Below, in pieces: positions 14,310-29,489 of a stretch of 64,000 bases of DNA. The stretch is from Eledone cirrhosa. Its lineage: Eukaryota. The DNA lies in NCBI GenBank assembly GCA_964016885.1, contig OZ024751.1, forward strand, positions 6,510,001-6,574,000. The letters run 5' to 3'. The first letter of the stretch is position 1. Each line of letters opens with the position of its first letter. A program made the position numbers and the translations under genes. The notes beneath the pieces are model-generated. The model had not been told where the DNA came from. It saw only the letters and a list, made by a program, of their open reading frames with translations, and made no database searches.

Positions 14310-15296
14310 TCCACCGAAACTCAGCTGTTTCGGACACACCAAAATCAACATACTGATTGCGGATTTAATACGGGTTATGAGAAACGTGTCCCGCATGTGC
14401 AACCCCAAAGAACTAGAGAGACACATACAACACTTCATCCACCGTATGCAGTTCTCTGGTTACAATCAGAGAGATAAAATCAGAGAATATAGAGGAGCCA
14501 GAACCAAATGAGAAATGGTAAATAATGATACAAATGGGACCTGCCCCTTGTATAGGAGCAAATTTTGGAATAGAATAGAAAGAACTAGGAATAAGGTTAA
14601 TAGAATAAACTCATGGTATGATAGCAATAAATACTAGAGTGTAATGTTCGTTAATACAAACCCTAGAGGTGAATTAGCTTACAAATTTAGAAGGGCCCTA
14701 GATAAATATAAACTCAATATTAAGATAGTAGAAAGACCAGGTACCTCCATAAAAACACTTATTAGCAATACATACCCTTTTGAAAGACCTCCCTGTATAG
14801 ATAAGAAATGTATAATCTGTAAACTAAGCCTCTATTTTAACTGTTAAACTAGAAATGTAGTATATAGCATAAGATGTACTGAAGGCCAATGTAGAGATAA
14901 GAATATAGTGTACATAGGTGAGACAGCTCGTAGTATAGGTGAACGGATAAATGAACACTGGCGAGAGCTTCAAGATAGCAAAGAATCATCTGTACTCCAC
15001 CAACATGCTAAAATAGAACATAAGGGTAAATTAGAGAACATAGAAATAAAAATAGAATCTACACACAGAAAAGACGCAATGTTTAGACAAATCAGAGGCA
15101 ATAAACAATAATGAACTCCAACCAAAATTAAATAGAAAACATGAATGGAATAGCAACATCACAACTTACAATTAAGGACAAAAAGAAAACACACACACAC
15201 ATAGCACAAACAACCAACCAGTAACATGTAAATAAACAAATAAATAAACAAATAAAAACACACACAGACACCCGGATGTAACACATGCGCAAACTA
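14310..15296 (+). mobile_element. Naiad-like Penelope-like element: RT thumb, Zn-knuckle linker and GIY-YIG endonuclease (pseudogenised)
   Basis: KINILIADLIRVMRNVSR..HIQHFIHRMQFSGY..PLYRSKFW..SVMFV..KIVERPG..CIDKKCIIC..NVVYSIRC..YIGETARSIGERINEH..LHQH..LNRKHEW, one colinear frame with stops. Clade assigned from recalled motifs. Confidence 0.9.
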
Positions 15297-16189
15297 TATA
15301 TATATATATATATTTATATATATAGTAACGTGTATTATTGGTTATGCAAAACGGTCCCAATAACATTTTTGTTAGCAAATTATGTTCTCCACGCTTTAGT
15401 ATATTTCCAATTCCATTCAGAGGAACAGCTAGATGATGTAAAACGGAGTATCAGTATCAAAATGAAAATCCGAAGTCAAGGTAAAAGTTGCAATCATTTT
15501 AATCACGACACATTTTTCAATAAGGGATAGATCGATCGTGAAGCCATGATCAATTGTCACTGAACGCATTAGGTGAAAATGAATTGTCTTCAAATTCTTG
15601 ATATAAGGGAGAATATTAGCAATGTTCACTCACAGAGTTTATTCCCTCATATGAAGATCTAGCAGTCAAAATGCGGCGACTGCCATCAACTTCAGTTAAG
15701 GTCATAAAACTATCAAATTTCTATATCCAAATAGCTGCAAAAGTCGCTGGAAAGCAATCAAGTCTGTAGAAATAGTCGGTCACATTTGATGTTAGTGGGT
15801 ACACACACACTCAACAACCACACACACCGACTCGAAGTCAAAGAAAACAATATATAAATATATATACACACATCAACACAGTATCAAATCTGTAGAACTA
15901 TAGACGGTCACAATTAGTGTGAGTGGGTACACACACACTCCCCCCACACACCGAAGCGATGTCAAAGAAAAAACAATAAATATAAGAATATACCAACATA
16001 GCATTCACCGAAAGTTAGTTTACAAAACAACAAATGCTACATTGGTTAAATCACAATTTGACGATGCAAATTGGAAATATTGGGTCAACCACAGCCCCAT
16101 ACACACATACATACACACACAAGCATTTAAGTTCAATTCAGTGTTCTGCTATACGTGTATAAATTGAATTGTAACATCCGTATTTCCAA

Positions 16190-18780
<2,591 letters not shown>

Positions 18781-18784
18781 GAGA

Positions 18785-18957
18785 GTGGGTTGCGAGAGTC
18801 TGGCAGGCGGGCCACATTTAGAAGAGAGAGACACGGAAATATACCGATTCTCCCATTTTTAAGATTGGAAAGAAAATCAGGAATTATTAACAACATAAAA
18901 CCGTAATATACGGTATAATTTTAAGATAATCTATTTTCTGAAGACTTGGCAACGCTT
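18785..18957. mobile_element. Possible small hAT-type MITE
   Basis: Imperfect terminal inverted repeats gggttgcgagagtct and agacttggcaacgct. Confidence 0.3.
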
Positions 18958-19389
18958 GCGTCTGATGTGGATATATTGATTGAGGAGCAAATATCAACAA
19001 ACGCGATTACTTTGAGATTTTCTTTTACTTTTAGCAGAGAATTTCTTGAATAATTCTTGGCAAGAATTCTATAATACAAATAATAATGCCGAGACAATTA
19101 TCATGCGGAGAAAAAATAGGTGTGTCTATTTATTTACCCAAAATATCTGAGATTATCGTTTGGTATTGATGTAAGCGTTCTTTTGATTCTAGAAATTTCT
19201 AATTTCATTCCGGTTTATATAATGAGATATTAATGCAACAAAAGATATTGATATGCTTGAAAACATTGTAGCTGATAATATTTTCCAAACAATACAAAAT
19301 TAGATCAGAAGAATGTTTTCAGTGTATAATTTCAGTACAGTCATTTTTATCAGAATTATGATATATGGTATATGATATCGGTGACGTAG

Positions 19390-19885
19390 AAGATGATAAT
19401 AGTAATTGGAGGCGGTGGTGGTAGTGATGATGGCGTTGTTGGTGATCGTGGAGATGTTGCTGGTGATGGTGATCAAGGTGGGTTTTGTCTCGATGGTGTC
19501 GACTCTATGGGGGATAGTCTAGGTTGTTGTTGTTTTTGTTGTCACTCTTGCTGTTGTTCTTGTTTTTTGGAGTTGTTGTGTGTTGCTGTTTTATTGTGGT
19601 GGTGGTGGTAAAAACGATCATAATGTTCGCATGTAGTATGAGGTTGATCGTATTGGCAGGGTTGGTTTGAGCCGTAATTATAGTGAAAATGAATCTAAAG
19701 TTGTTGATGTGGATAGTAATGATGATTATAACGGTGATGGTGGTGGTGTTAATGATGGTGTTATTTTTGCCTGATGTTGTAGTTGGAGGTTATGGTGGTG
19801 GTGGTGACGACTATACCAAAGATTATGACGATCATAACAAAAGCAAAATGATATTAATGATAATAATGGTAGCATTAATGATATA
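19390..19885. repeat. GGT/GAT/GTT trinucleotide low-complexity tract
   Basis: Read directly from the sequence. Confidence 0.85.
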
Positions 19886-20799
19886 AATAAGAATTGTCAT
19901 TTTTTATTATATATGATGAAGGAAGTTTTGTGTCTAATAATCATAGACGAACATTGAAATCTAATATTTGTGTAATAATGTCGTTGCTATTGTCACCACT
20001 TTTGTTGTCGATTTTCTATTATTCTTAATATATATTTATTGTATTACCCCGTGATAATGTTGGAAGTGAGACAAGAAAAAAAATCTTGCAGAAATATTTG
20101 TTGCTTAAAACCTCAATCAATATGAGCTTCATTTTATCGTTAACAAAAGCTAAACCAATAACATAGAAGGGAAACTATGTTTTATGGTTTGCATCGTATT
20201 GAACTGATAGGTGGAAGTGTAGACGTTTTGTCTTTCATCTACCCTGTCCTGGCCTTCATCTTCTATTTTTGCTTTTGTGTTTTTAATGCGGAACTACATC
20301 AAACTATTTAATATTGTCCAACTTGTGGAGATTTTTATTGTTGTTATAACAAACCCAGGTCATCAATTACTGAGCAAACCTATGATCAAAGGCGTATTCA
20401 GATGGTCAATCTAAGACTACATTATCCAATATGTCCTACATTGTTTTAATAAATAGCATATTATTTGAGAAATGTATAGCTGCTATCTCTAGTAGTAGAG
20501 CAACAATGGAGAGTCCCCTACATTGGCTCATGTAGCAATATTATGTTTGTGATTGTTGTTTAAGGGCAGATCATTTCTGATAGAGCAGAGCAATGTTATA
20601 TTTGTGTTTGCTGTTTAAGGACATACTTTCCGATGGAGCGGAACAATGAGTAAATTTACAACAACGACAATACGGTATTTTATTGTAACTGCGTCTAGCA
20701 CTGGATTATGCATTGGCAAACATATTTTATAGTCGATACAGCAGGATTAGATGGCATGTAGGCTGTCATTCCATTATATATATATATATATATATATAT

Positions 20800-21745
20800 A
20801 TGAATTAAAAGTGACAAAGGCGCTGCGTGGTTACCAATGAATATTGTTTAGAAAACGTAAGAGAACAGTTCCCGCTCTTCGGCTATCTGCTGTATGTCAC
20901 TGATGTTTCGACGCATTAAATACAGAACATCTCACCACAGTGCGTTAATAATTAAGAGAGATAGTTATTGAGGAAGAAAAGAAAACAAAAAAAACAGAGG
21001 CGATAGCGAAAAGAACGACAGAAAAAGAAAATAAACAGAAGAAAAACATACCGATAGAGAGGGGGAAATACGAGATAGTAGTACATATAAGTTCCAGTAA
21101 TCAATGGTAGAGAGAGAGAAGTTAAAATGGAGAGAAAGCGAATAGAAAAACGTCTGAAAGGAAGTGAGTGGGGGGAGGGAGTTGTAAAGCAGCAGAGAGA
21201 GAAGGGGAGAAAGGAGATAGATAGTAAGGAAGAAAGAGAATAAGTGAGTCGTAGTGTCAGAGTGGGGTAAATAAGTGAGTGGGAGAGAGAGAAAGTCAGA
21301 GAGGAAAGAAAGACGGGGAAAGGAGGAAGGAAAAGTGTTAATCCAAAATGGCAGAACTTAAGTCCAAAATCAGAATTAACAAGACGAAGCGAGAGAGGGA
21401 GAATAGAACGGAGGTCACAGCAATATATTAATACGAATTAAAAGTGACAAAGGCACTGGTTACTACAACTTACATGTACTACTGTCACGTGTTCGCCACC
21501 CGCCCCCACTGCGACCCATCTATCGATATGTTTTTCTTCTGTTTATTTTCTTTTTCTGTCGTTCTCTTCGCTATCGTCTCTGTTTTTTTTTTTGTTGTGT
21601 TTTCTTCCTGAATAACTATTCCTCTTAGCTTTTAACGCACTATAGTGAGATGTACTGTCTGTAATGCACGAAACATCCTCGACCCACTATAGACAGCGGA
21701 AGAGTGGGAATTGTCCTTATGTTTGTGTTTCTCCTACCTTTTCTA
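20800..21745. mobile_element. Non-coding inverted-repeat element between (TA)n tracts (PLE pLTR-like)
   Basis: ~20862-21060 is inverted relative to ~21520-21720. gaattaaaagtgacaaaggc is directly repeated at ~20802 and ~21435. Confidence 0.6.
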
Positions 21746-21760
21746 AACTATATATATATA

Positions 21761-21807
<47 letters not shown>

Positions 21808-23015
21808 TTGTGGGGAAGTTTGCATGTATATGTATATGTGTGTGTGCGTGTGTGATTGAAAATGCGTGTAAGTGTGTGTATTTAAAAAAAAACATGTACG
21901 GACATATTAGATAATGCAGTCTTAGATTGACTTCTCTGAATCCCCCTTTGTTTATTTGTTTGCTCACCATAGGGTTTCATGCTGATTCTACTCGGGAATT
22001 ACATTAGACAAACAGATATCTGTGGGATACACTGTCACATATAAAATACAAGATAGATTGTACATATAATTCAAATGTTTAACTTTGTCATATATTTTAT
22101 CAAGCTGAGATCGCTTCAGATTTACATTACGAGTATTTACAAATATTTACACGTTAATGTACGGGCTCGAATTTTAATTGATAGTACAACTAAATGCCCA
22201 TCATTGAATCTAACCGAAGATCCATGAAATACATGAAATACATTTCTTAACAATGATCCAGCCAATATATACACTATAGATGTGAAGGAAATTGATAGCA
22301 GGTCAAGATTAAATGCAGTTTACATGACTGGATTCCGATATAGTAAGTTGTAATTTGTATGGACTCTATTCTAGGATGTTCTGCTCATATCTTCTAATTA
22401 ATTCTCAACATTATCAGTTACGTCGATAATTTATAAAGTTAACGTCCGGTTATCTAAAATGGCGAAAGCAATCAATCATCCAACAATTGCCAGAGGCGTA
22501 ATAAATAGCGAAGAAATTAAATACATAATAGGCAACACAATAAAACCACGTCTAACAATATAATGCATTGCAAATCACTTCAAGAGTTGTAAGTGAGATA
22601 TCAGTAGTCATGATATAATCTAAACATATAAATGTTTATTTAAAGTTTTCGTGCAAGTCAGAAGAATGGCATCAATCATGTTTGGAAGTCAATGTTACTA
22701 ACTGCAAGAAAGGAAACTTTCTGATGCAGTACTTTAGAAATCGGGTGATATGTATGAACTGCTTATTGGTAATAATGTATCCCGTAACAGTATATATGTA
22801 GCTGCAGAAATGTTCCAAGACGCAATGAAAGAAATTATAATAAATACTCCGTTTACATGATGTACCAATCGATACCCTTTGTCGACGTCTATCCCTCTTC
22901 CTTATCAGAGACTTTATCTATTCATACAATCACACCGTATTTCGGTCTATCCACTCGTCTCTCTCACTTTCTCTTTGTTTATAAGATATATATAAATAGA
23001 ATATATATATGTATA

Positions 23016-23110
<95 letters not shown>

Positions 23111-23340
23111 TATATATATAATATATATATATATATAAATTATCAAATGAAGAAACGGAGTGAAGGACCATCCTTCTATGGGACTCCACAGGTGTCATAG
23201 TTATGAAGGTACACTTTCGATTTCAATCAATCTGTTTAATTATAATGTAATTCCTGTAACTTTCGCAGTTTTTTTATGTCTTTCACTCTAGTAGTAATAT
23301 ACACCCTGTAATGAAAACATGTTCTTTCCATGTATTCTCT

Positions 23341-23390
<50 letters not shown>

Positions 23391-23392
<2 letters not shown>

Positions 23393-24110
23393 CAAGCGAA
23401 TGAATGAATGAATGAGTTACAAGCCGTTAAAACAAGTTCTTTATATAGCTCTTACACATGTTTCGCCCACATGTGCTCTTCGGAGAGATAAAAGTTTGTA
23501 TGATGACATCAGTAAGTACAGATGCCGTTGCGAATTTTCACCCCAACTTGATATCTCCTTGCATTATATCTGAAGTGTAAACACAATGGCGTCAGTGAAA
23601 GGGACATAATCCACTAAGGGAGGTAATTATACGGTGCTAAGCCCGTAGGTTCCCTAAGTTTATTTTAACCTATCCCAGCCAGGGGGAAAGTTTAGCAGGG
23701 TGAGACTCACTCAGTAGGTGCTGCGCAGTGCCTTGGTAGAAAACTGCTGGCTGGTTGATAGTATCATTATACACTGCACATTGGTATACATGTGGCAGGT
23801 GGACTAAATTGATGTGTGATCCAGAAAGCTGCGGGGATATGATGTTATTCAAGTTGTGAGGAGCACCTGTAAAAGGAATTCTGCAGTCTGTGGCCGCTAT
23901 TGATAGTCGTTTCGGTCCGACTATTAATGAATTCCTGGGGTGCTTTCCCTATATAGTATACAATTCTCAACGGTATCTGTACTTACTGTCATCATACAAA
24001 CTATCATCTCTCCGAAGAGCCCATCTGGGTGAAACATGTGTAAGAGCTATATAAAGAACTTGTTTTAACGGCTAGTAGCTCCTTCATTCATTGATTCATT
24101 TGCTTATTCC
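23391..24110. mobile_element. Inverted pLTR pair upstream of the Neptune-like PLE, each arm with an HHR (23449-23487 minus, 24008-24046 plus)
   Basis: 23391-23535 is the reverse complement of 23962-24105. HHR is ctct-CCGAAGA-GCCCA tc TGGGT-GAAAC atgt GTA-agag. Confidence 0.8.
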
Positions 24111-24319
24111 AGCTCTGCTTAACCATACGCTAAATATTAATTTCCTCTAATATGTAACTCTGCTAACCCAAGCATCGAGCACACCACGCTTCGGCTATTG
24201 GCATTTAGTATTCTGTATCGCACCCTTTTCTACTTGTCTTCTTCCTCCTCTCTTACGATATTTAAACCCTATTATTATCTTGTTCCGACTAGTTGAGCTC
24301 AACAAGCTACTTGCCAACA

Positions 24320-25034
24320 TGTTTCCGATGTCTCTCACGTTTATACCGTTACCAAGCAGAAAAACACACCTCAAACAACTTATTGCTGCGACTAATTCGT
24401 TTATACGTAGGGTCAGATGGAAGGCCTACCATATGGACAAGGATGCTGATGAACAACCTGTATTTAAAGACAGGTATGGATTTAAGACCTACGAGAACAC
24501 ACCGCGTAACACCCCGTTGGACGCCTTTGAGGAGGACCTACTTAATATGATCAAGAATGTCAAATTTAAGAATAGACACACGTGCACTAAAAGCTTTCCT
24601 CATATCTCTAAACTCCCTAATCACTAAAATCAAGTATGATGAGCACCTATTTATAGCCTCTGACAAAACCAAGAACCTCTATAAGTTGGATGTAAGTAGA
24701 TGTAGGCAATTCATCTCAAATGAGCTCAGCAAAAATTACAAAAAGACACCTAGGACATAAACAGGTTAGGTAAAAGCATTGTAACTAGCTTGGATATATA
24801 TAAATACACAGACCCATACGTAAATATGACACCAACATTCTCTATTGAGGATCACAAATGTAACTTTAATGAAACCCCTCTGTTAGATTAATATGCCCCT
24901 CCACATCTGATATAGGTAGAATTAGCAAAGTGATCCTCGATAGGATAATACTCGTACTAAATAGTAAGGCTACGGTCCGTTTTTGAAATTTATTTAGTTC
25001 GACATAGATAATTACAACGCCTCTATCTCCCCTA
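24320..25034 (+). mobile_element. Neptune-like PLE, N-terminal and RT 5' part (interrupted by an insertion)
   Basis: IPLPSRKTHLKQLI..FIRRVRWKAY..YGFKT..LDAFEEDLLNMIKNVKF..SDKTKNLYK..EDHKCNF..RLICPSTSDIGRISKVILDRI..FDIDNYNASISP, with frameshifts. Confidence 0.9.
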
Positions 25035-25225
25035 ATATGTCAGGTCACTCTTGAGTGGTACTGGTAACATGTAAACCAGTACAACCTGTCGCATTGTCGG
25101 GTCGTCGGCGACAACCCCCCCCCCCCCCCAGTTTACTGGGGTGGGGGTGGGTTCTAGTTTTGCAGGACAAAAAACAAAACCTGACAAAGGGCGGAAGAAC
25201 TCATAAGAGTCAACAGCCATCCAAA
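25035..25225 (+). mobile_element. Short dispersed repeat (same family as 10275-10442) lying inside the RTE TSD
   Basis: Similar to 10275-10442. Contains the hairpin gtactggt..accagtac. Confidence 0.55.
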
Positions 25226-25298
25226 AATGTGTAAATATGTATGTACATATGTATGTGTATGTATATACGTGTGTATGTATATACGTGTGTATATGCCT

Positions 25299-25494
25299 GG
25301 GGTGTCAGGGAGGGAAATGTACCTATGTGTGTGTGGGGGGGGGGGGCTAGCCATGCCCTTTTCAGGACAGCTCATCCTGCATTGGGTCCCACCTGACACT
25401 CAGCTCTCACCTGTGGCCCCAAGAAGCTGAAGCATGTGACAGCGGCCACACCCCGGCAAACCGCCTTGGCTGGTGGGCCGAACCAGGTTGAGGG
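25299..25494 (+). ncRNA. HDV-like self-cleaving ribozyme fold at the RTE 5' end
   Basis: P1 GGGGTGT(25299-25305)/ACACCCC(25448-25454); P2 CTCTCACCTG/CAGGT(T)GAGGG; P3 GGC/GCC; P1.1 CC/GG(25455-25456); P4 CCGCC/GGTGG; J4/2 ending CCGAA. L3 carries an inserted GCTG..CAGC hairpin. Confidence 0.7.
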
Positions 25495-28400
25495 TAGCCG
25501 GACGGGTTTGAAACTCCCCGGTGAGTTGGATAGGGGATGCCTGCCTCTGCATGCGAAGACTGGACCCGGCGGAGTGAGTGGAGGAGGACGACATCGTCCC
25601 AACAGTCACAAAGGCGACGACAGCAAGCGGTGTTGAACGCTAGGGCACGGCAAGGCACTACAGACGTCGTGGCTATCCACTCCAGCCAAGGAAGTCCCTC
25701 GTCGTGGCGGTCCTCCGTACCAACGGATTCTGGCTTCTGCGGCCGAGTGAGTGGGATTGTCTCTGTGCACTGGCCCTTCCACCATAAACCTTTCCCGCAC
25801 AGGTTTCTTCTTTAGACTGCACTCCCAAAGCCCTGCAGCGATGGGCGCGAGGTGGAGGTAACAGGTGGAGGTAACCTCTGGGAGTTGCCAGACTCAAACC
25901 CACACGTGGGCGGCCTGGATGCGCAAGCCGTTCTCCTCCTGACCCTGGTATGACAGAGGAGATCAGGCGTTCCACCGGGCGACTGAGCAGCCCCTTTCAG
26001 GACTTTTCAGGACCCCTAACCATATGCTCGTCCCACACAAAGCCGGCCAGTCTTATGCCGCTGGTGGTTTTACCCTTTCAAGCGGTCGAAACCAACATCA
26101 TAGAAAGAAGAAGAAGAACTTGATTCTTGGCGCATGGAATGTGTGCACCCTCATGAATAGGAAAACCTCTTTGAGGCCAGAGAGAAGACCCTCCCTCATA
26201 GCGAGGGAATTAGCTCGCTACGGGATCGACATAGCCGTCTCAGCGAGACCAGACTGGCTGAAGAAGGATCAGTAGCAGAACCGAAAGGAGGCTACACCTT
26301 CTTCTGGAAGGGCAATGCAAAGGACGAGGATAGTTTCCACGGGGTAGGCCTGGCCATCAGGACTTCGCTCTGCAAGCACCTACCAGACTTCCCAACACCT
26401 GTGAGTGGTACAGAGCGTTGGTCCGACCATCGCCTTGTCAAGACAATCCTGTCACTGCACATCACCCCGACGCATCGCAAGACATGGAAAGTCTGTAGGC
26501 CAGCTTTCGACGTCGCACGACTCAAGCACCCAGAGTATCGTGATGCGTTCGTGGGAGACCTGGACGGCCGGCTGATTTCCCGTGGACCATTGACCGGACG
26601 CCCAACTCAACAGTGGGACCAGTTAAGATCGCTGGTGACAGAGTCAGCCAAGGCAACCAGCGAGCCGAGGAAGAGAGTCCACCAGGACTGGTTTGATGAA
26701 AACGATGAGCGCATCAGACAACTCCTGGACGAGAAAAGGAGGGCTTTCATTGAGTGCCAGAATGACAGCTCCTCCACCTCGAAGTTCGACCGCTTCAAGC
26801 ACCTCCAGAGGCAGACCCAAGCAGTGCTACGCAGAATGGAAAGAGCATCTCAGCAACCTGCTCAACATGCCCCCCACTGTCGACCCTGCCGCCCTCGACC
26901 AGATCCCACAGAAACCCCTAGTCGGCAGCGTCGACCTCCCCCCACGTTGGATGAAGTCACAAAGGCAATCAACCAGATCAGCTCATGAAAGGCCCCTGGG
27001 AAGGACGGGATTCCTGCCGAGATCTTCAAGTCGGCCGGTCCAGTTGCCCGGGGGGGCCTTCCTCACCCTCCCCGTCAGCATATGGGTGGAATAAGTTGTG
27101 CCCAAATACTTCAGAGATGCCACAGTTGTCTCGCTTTTTAAGAACGAAGGCAGCAAAACTGACTGTGGAAACTATCGGGCCATTTCTCTCCTGTCCATCG
27201 CTGGGAAGGTCCTGGCTCGGGTCATTCTCAACCGCCTCATCGCCAACATCTCGAAGGACAACCTGCCCGAGGATCAGTGTGGGTTCTTCCCAAACCACAG
27301 CACGATCGACATGATCTTCTCTGTACGCCAGGTGCAGGAGAAGTGTCTCGAGCAGAACATGGACCTCTTTGCCGTCTTAATAGATTTGACGAAGGCCTTC
27401 GACACTGGCAAAAGGGAGGCCCTCTGGTCGATCCTGTCGAAGTTTGGATGCCCGACCAAGTTCGTGAACCTGATACGGCAATTCCATGACGACATGACCG
27501 GGCATGTGCGCTAGGGCGGAGAGGCATCGGAGCCGTTCGGAATCACCAACGGCGTCATGCAAGGATGCGTGCTCTCTCCCGTCAACCTGTTATTCACCTG
27601 TGTGCTCAATCATGCCGTCAGGGACCTCGAGCCCGGACTGTATCTGCGATACAGACTGGGCCGCTCCCTGTTTGACCTCCGGCGCCTGACGGCCAAGACA
27701 AGGGCCGTGCAGAGGATCGTCCTGGAGGCACTTTTTGCTGACGAGTGCGCCTTCATAGCCCACAAGGAGTCTGATCTCCAAGTCATCGTCAACAAGTTCG
27801 GGGAGGCCTCCTCCCTCTTCGGTCTCACAATTAGCCTTGGCAAGTCTGAGATCCTGTTCCAGTCTGCAGCTGCCTCCGTCGATCACCCTCCTTCCATCTC
27901 CATTGGAGGCACCCAGCTAAAGACGGTGGACGACTTCAAGTACCCCGGCAGTGTCATCAGCAGAGATGGAAGCCTACAAAGAGATAAACGCCAAGATCTG
28001 CAAGGCCAGTCAAGCCCTTGGCCGCCTGAGGACGCGTCCTGAACCAGCACAACATCAGGCAGTCCACCAAGTTCAAGGTGTACAGAGCCGTTGTTCTCAC
28101 CAGCGTCCTCTACGGATGTGATACATGGACCCAAATGGCAGGACAAATTGCTGAGACAACCAGTATCGAAGCTATGATACTGAAGAGCAGATTTCGATGG
28201 GTGGGACATGTCATCCTGATGGACGATCACAGGCTTCCGAAGCAAGAGATGGATGAGGAACTCTGTTCGGGGAAATGAAAGCAGGGCAGACCTCTCACGA
28301 GGTTCAAAGACTGCGTAAAGTCCAGCGTCAACAACACTAGAATTGCCCCAAAACAACTCGTGTCCCATGCTCAGGACAGGAATGAGTGGCGAGCCGTTAC

Positions 28401-28637
28401 TAGACGCGCCAAAGACTCTCTTGAAGTGAAGAGACGGGCAGAGGTCACTGAGGCCCGTGAAAGGAGGAGAAAGGCATCGGCAGCTGCCCCAAGCAACTCT
28501 GGTCTCTTCTCCTGCCTCCACTATCCCCAGACCTGCAAGTCAAGGATCGGCCTCCACAGCCACCGACGTGCCCACGGTACAGGGTAACTAAAATAAAGAA
28601 GATGTCATCATCGTTTACGATGGACAACCAAGAAGAG
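25299..28637 (+). mobile_element. RTE/BovB-like LINE, near full length, decayed (APE endonuclease, RT, C-terminal C2H2-like finger)
   Basis: LGAWNVCTL..RPERR..IARELARYGIDIA..ETRL..GYTFFWKG..HGVGLAI; WSDHRLV; HQDWFDEND; CGNYRAISLLSIAGKVLAR; LPEDQCGF; IDLTKAFD; QGCVLSP; LFADE; CKSRIGLHSHRRAH. GC-rich island. 3' end catcgtttacgatggacaaccaagaag. Confidence 0.95.
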
Positions 28638-29400
28638 ATCTCCCCTATACTATTAAACAAAGCCTTAATATTAGCTAGATCTAATACTAGTTTAACTAAA
28701 AAAGAAATAGACATAGTACTTGCAGCGAGACGAATAATCATGCACTTCGAAGGCTCATACTGGACCCGAGCCAACCGTCCTGATAATTTCGATATCACGA
28801 TGGGGGGGGGGGGGGGTGAGTGACTAGGCGCATGTAACCAACCTGGTTGGAATATACCTCCTACATAAACTCAGGGATGAGATCCCCGTACTACAAGGAG
28901 GTGTATATAGGGACGACGCCCTATTTACTGTAATGAATCACAACCACCGTAGGATAGAAAACCTCAATAAACGTATCCATAAGTTCTTTAAAACGTACGG
29001 CCCCTCAATTACAATAGACCAGAACCATTAAGTAGTTAACTTCCTGTATCTAACATTAGAGTGAGATACTGGCCAGGTGTGGTCCTGTCTTACATAACAA
29101 AGGATCTAACCACCCCAAATCTATACTTAACTCTATAGTGAGTATCATCTCACACAGAATCTCGAGGCTGTCGGCCAATGAGGACCTTTTCGACCAAAGT
29201 ACCGACTACTACATCAAAGCACTGGCCGAATCAGGGTATAGCAGTAGGATTTCTTACATCCAGGATGCTGGCTCAACTAGCCCCAACCCTTCGCATATGA
29301 ACATTTTAATGGTGTGTCGCACCAATAACTATCGCGGCATTGGAATTGTTAATGGGAAATATACGGATCGAACTAGTATTACGACTAGCCTTGGCCAACA
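28638..29400 (+). mobile_element. Neptune-like PLE, RT 3' part (resumes after the insertion)
   Basis: ISPILLNKAL..FDITMG..LVGIYLL..GGVYRDDALF (catalytic YRDD)..VVNFL..ISHRISRLSANEDLF..YIKALAESGY continues the 24320-25034 protein. Confidence 0.9.
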
Positions 29401-29489
29401 TCATATATATATATATATTATTTCTGGCAATATTATAACAATATGACCCTCCCCAAATACACCAATATATATATATCGCGCGAATCAAA

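Noticed and set aside
14310-15170. Selenocysteine (UGA) recoding, known from some Naiad PLEs
   Set aside because: The Zn-knuckle and GIY-YIG cysteines are ordinary Cys codons in both copies. The TGA at ~14509 aligns to a non-Cys position in the 33-kb copy and the other stops are TAA/TAG. I recognised no SECIS.
15421-15780. Isolated exon-like segments on both strands (plus 15421-15480; minus ~15632-15719)
   Set aside because: Splice-like signals are common by chance, there is no recognisable homology, and the two candidates are on opposite strands.
25372-28521. Multiple overlapping antisense and alternative-frame ORFs in the GC-rich island
   Set aside because: They are by-products of high GC within the RTE LINE. 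The recognisable motifs are all on the plus strand.
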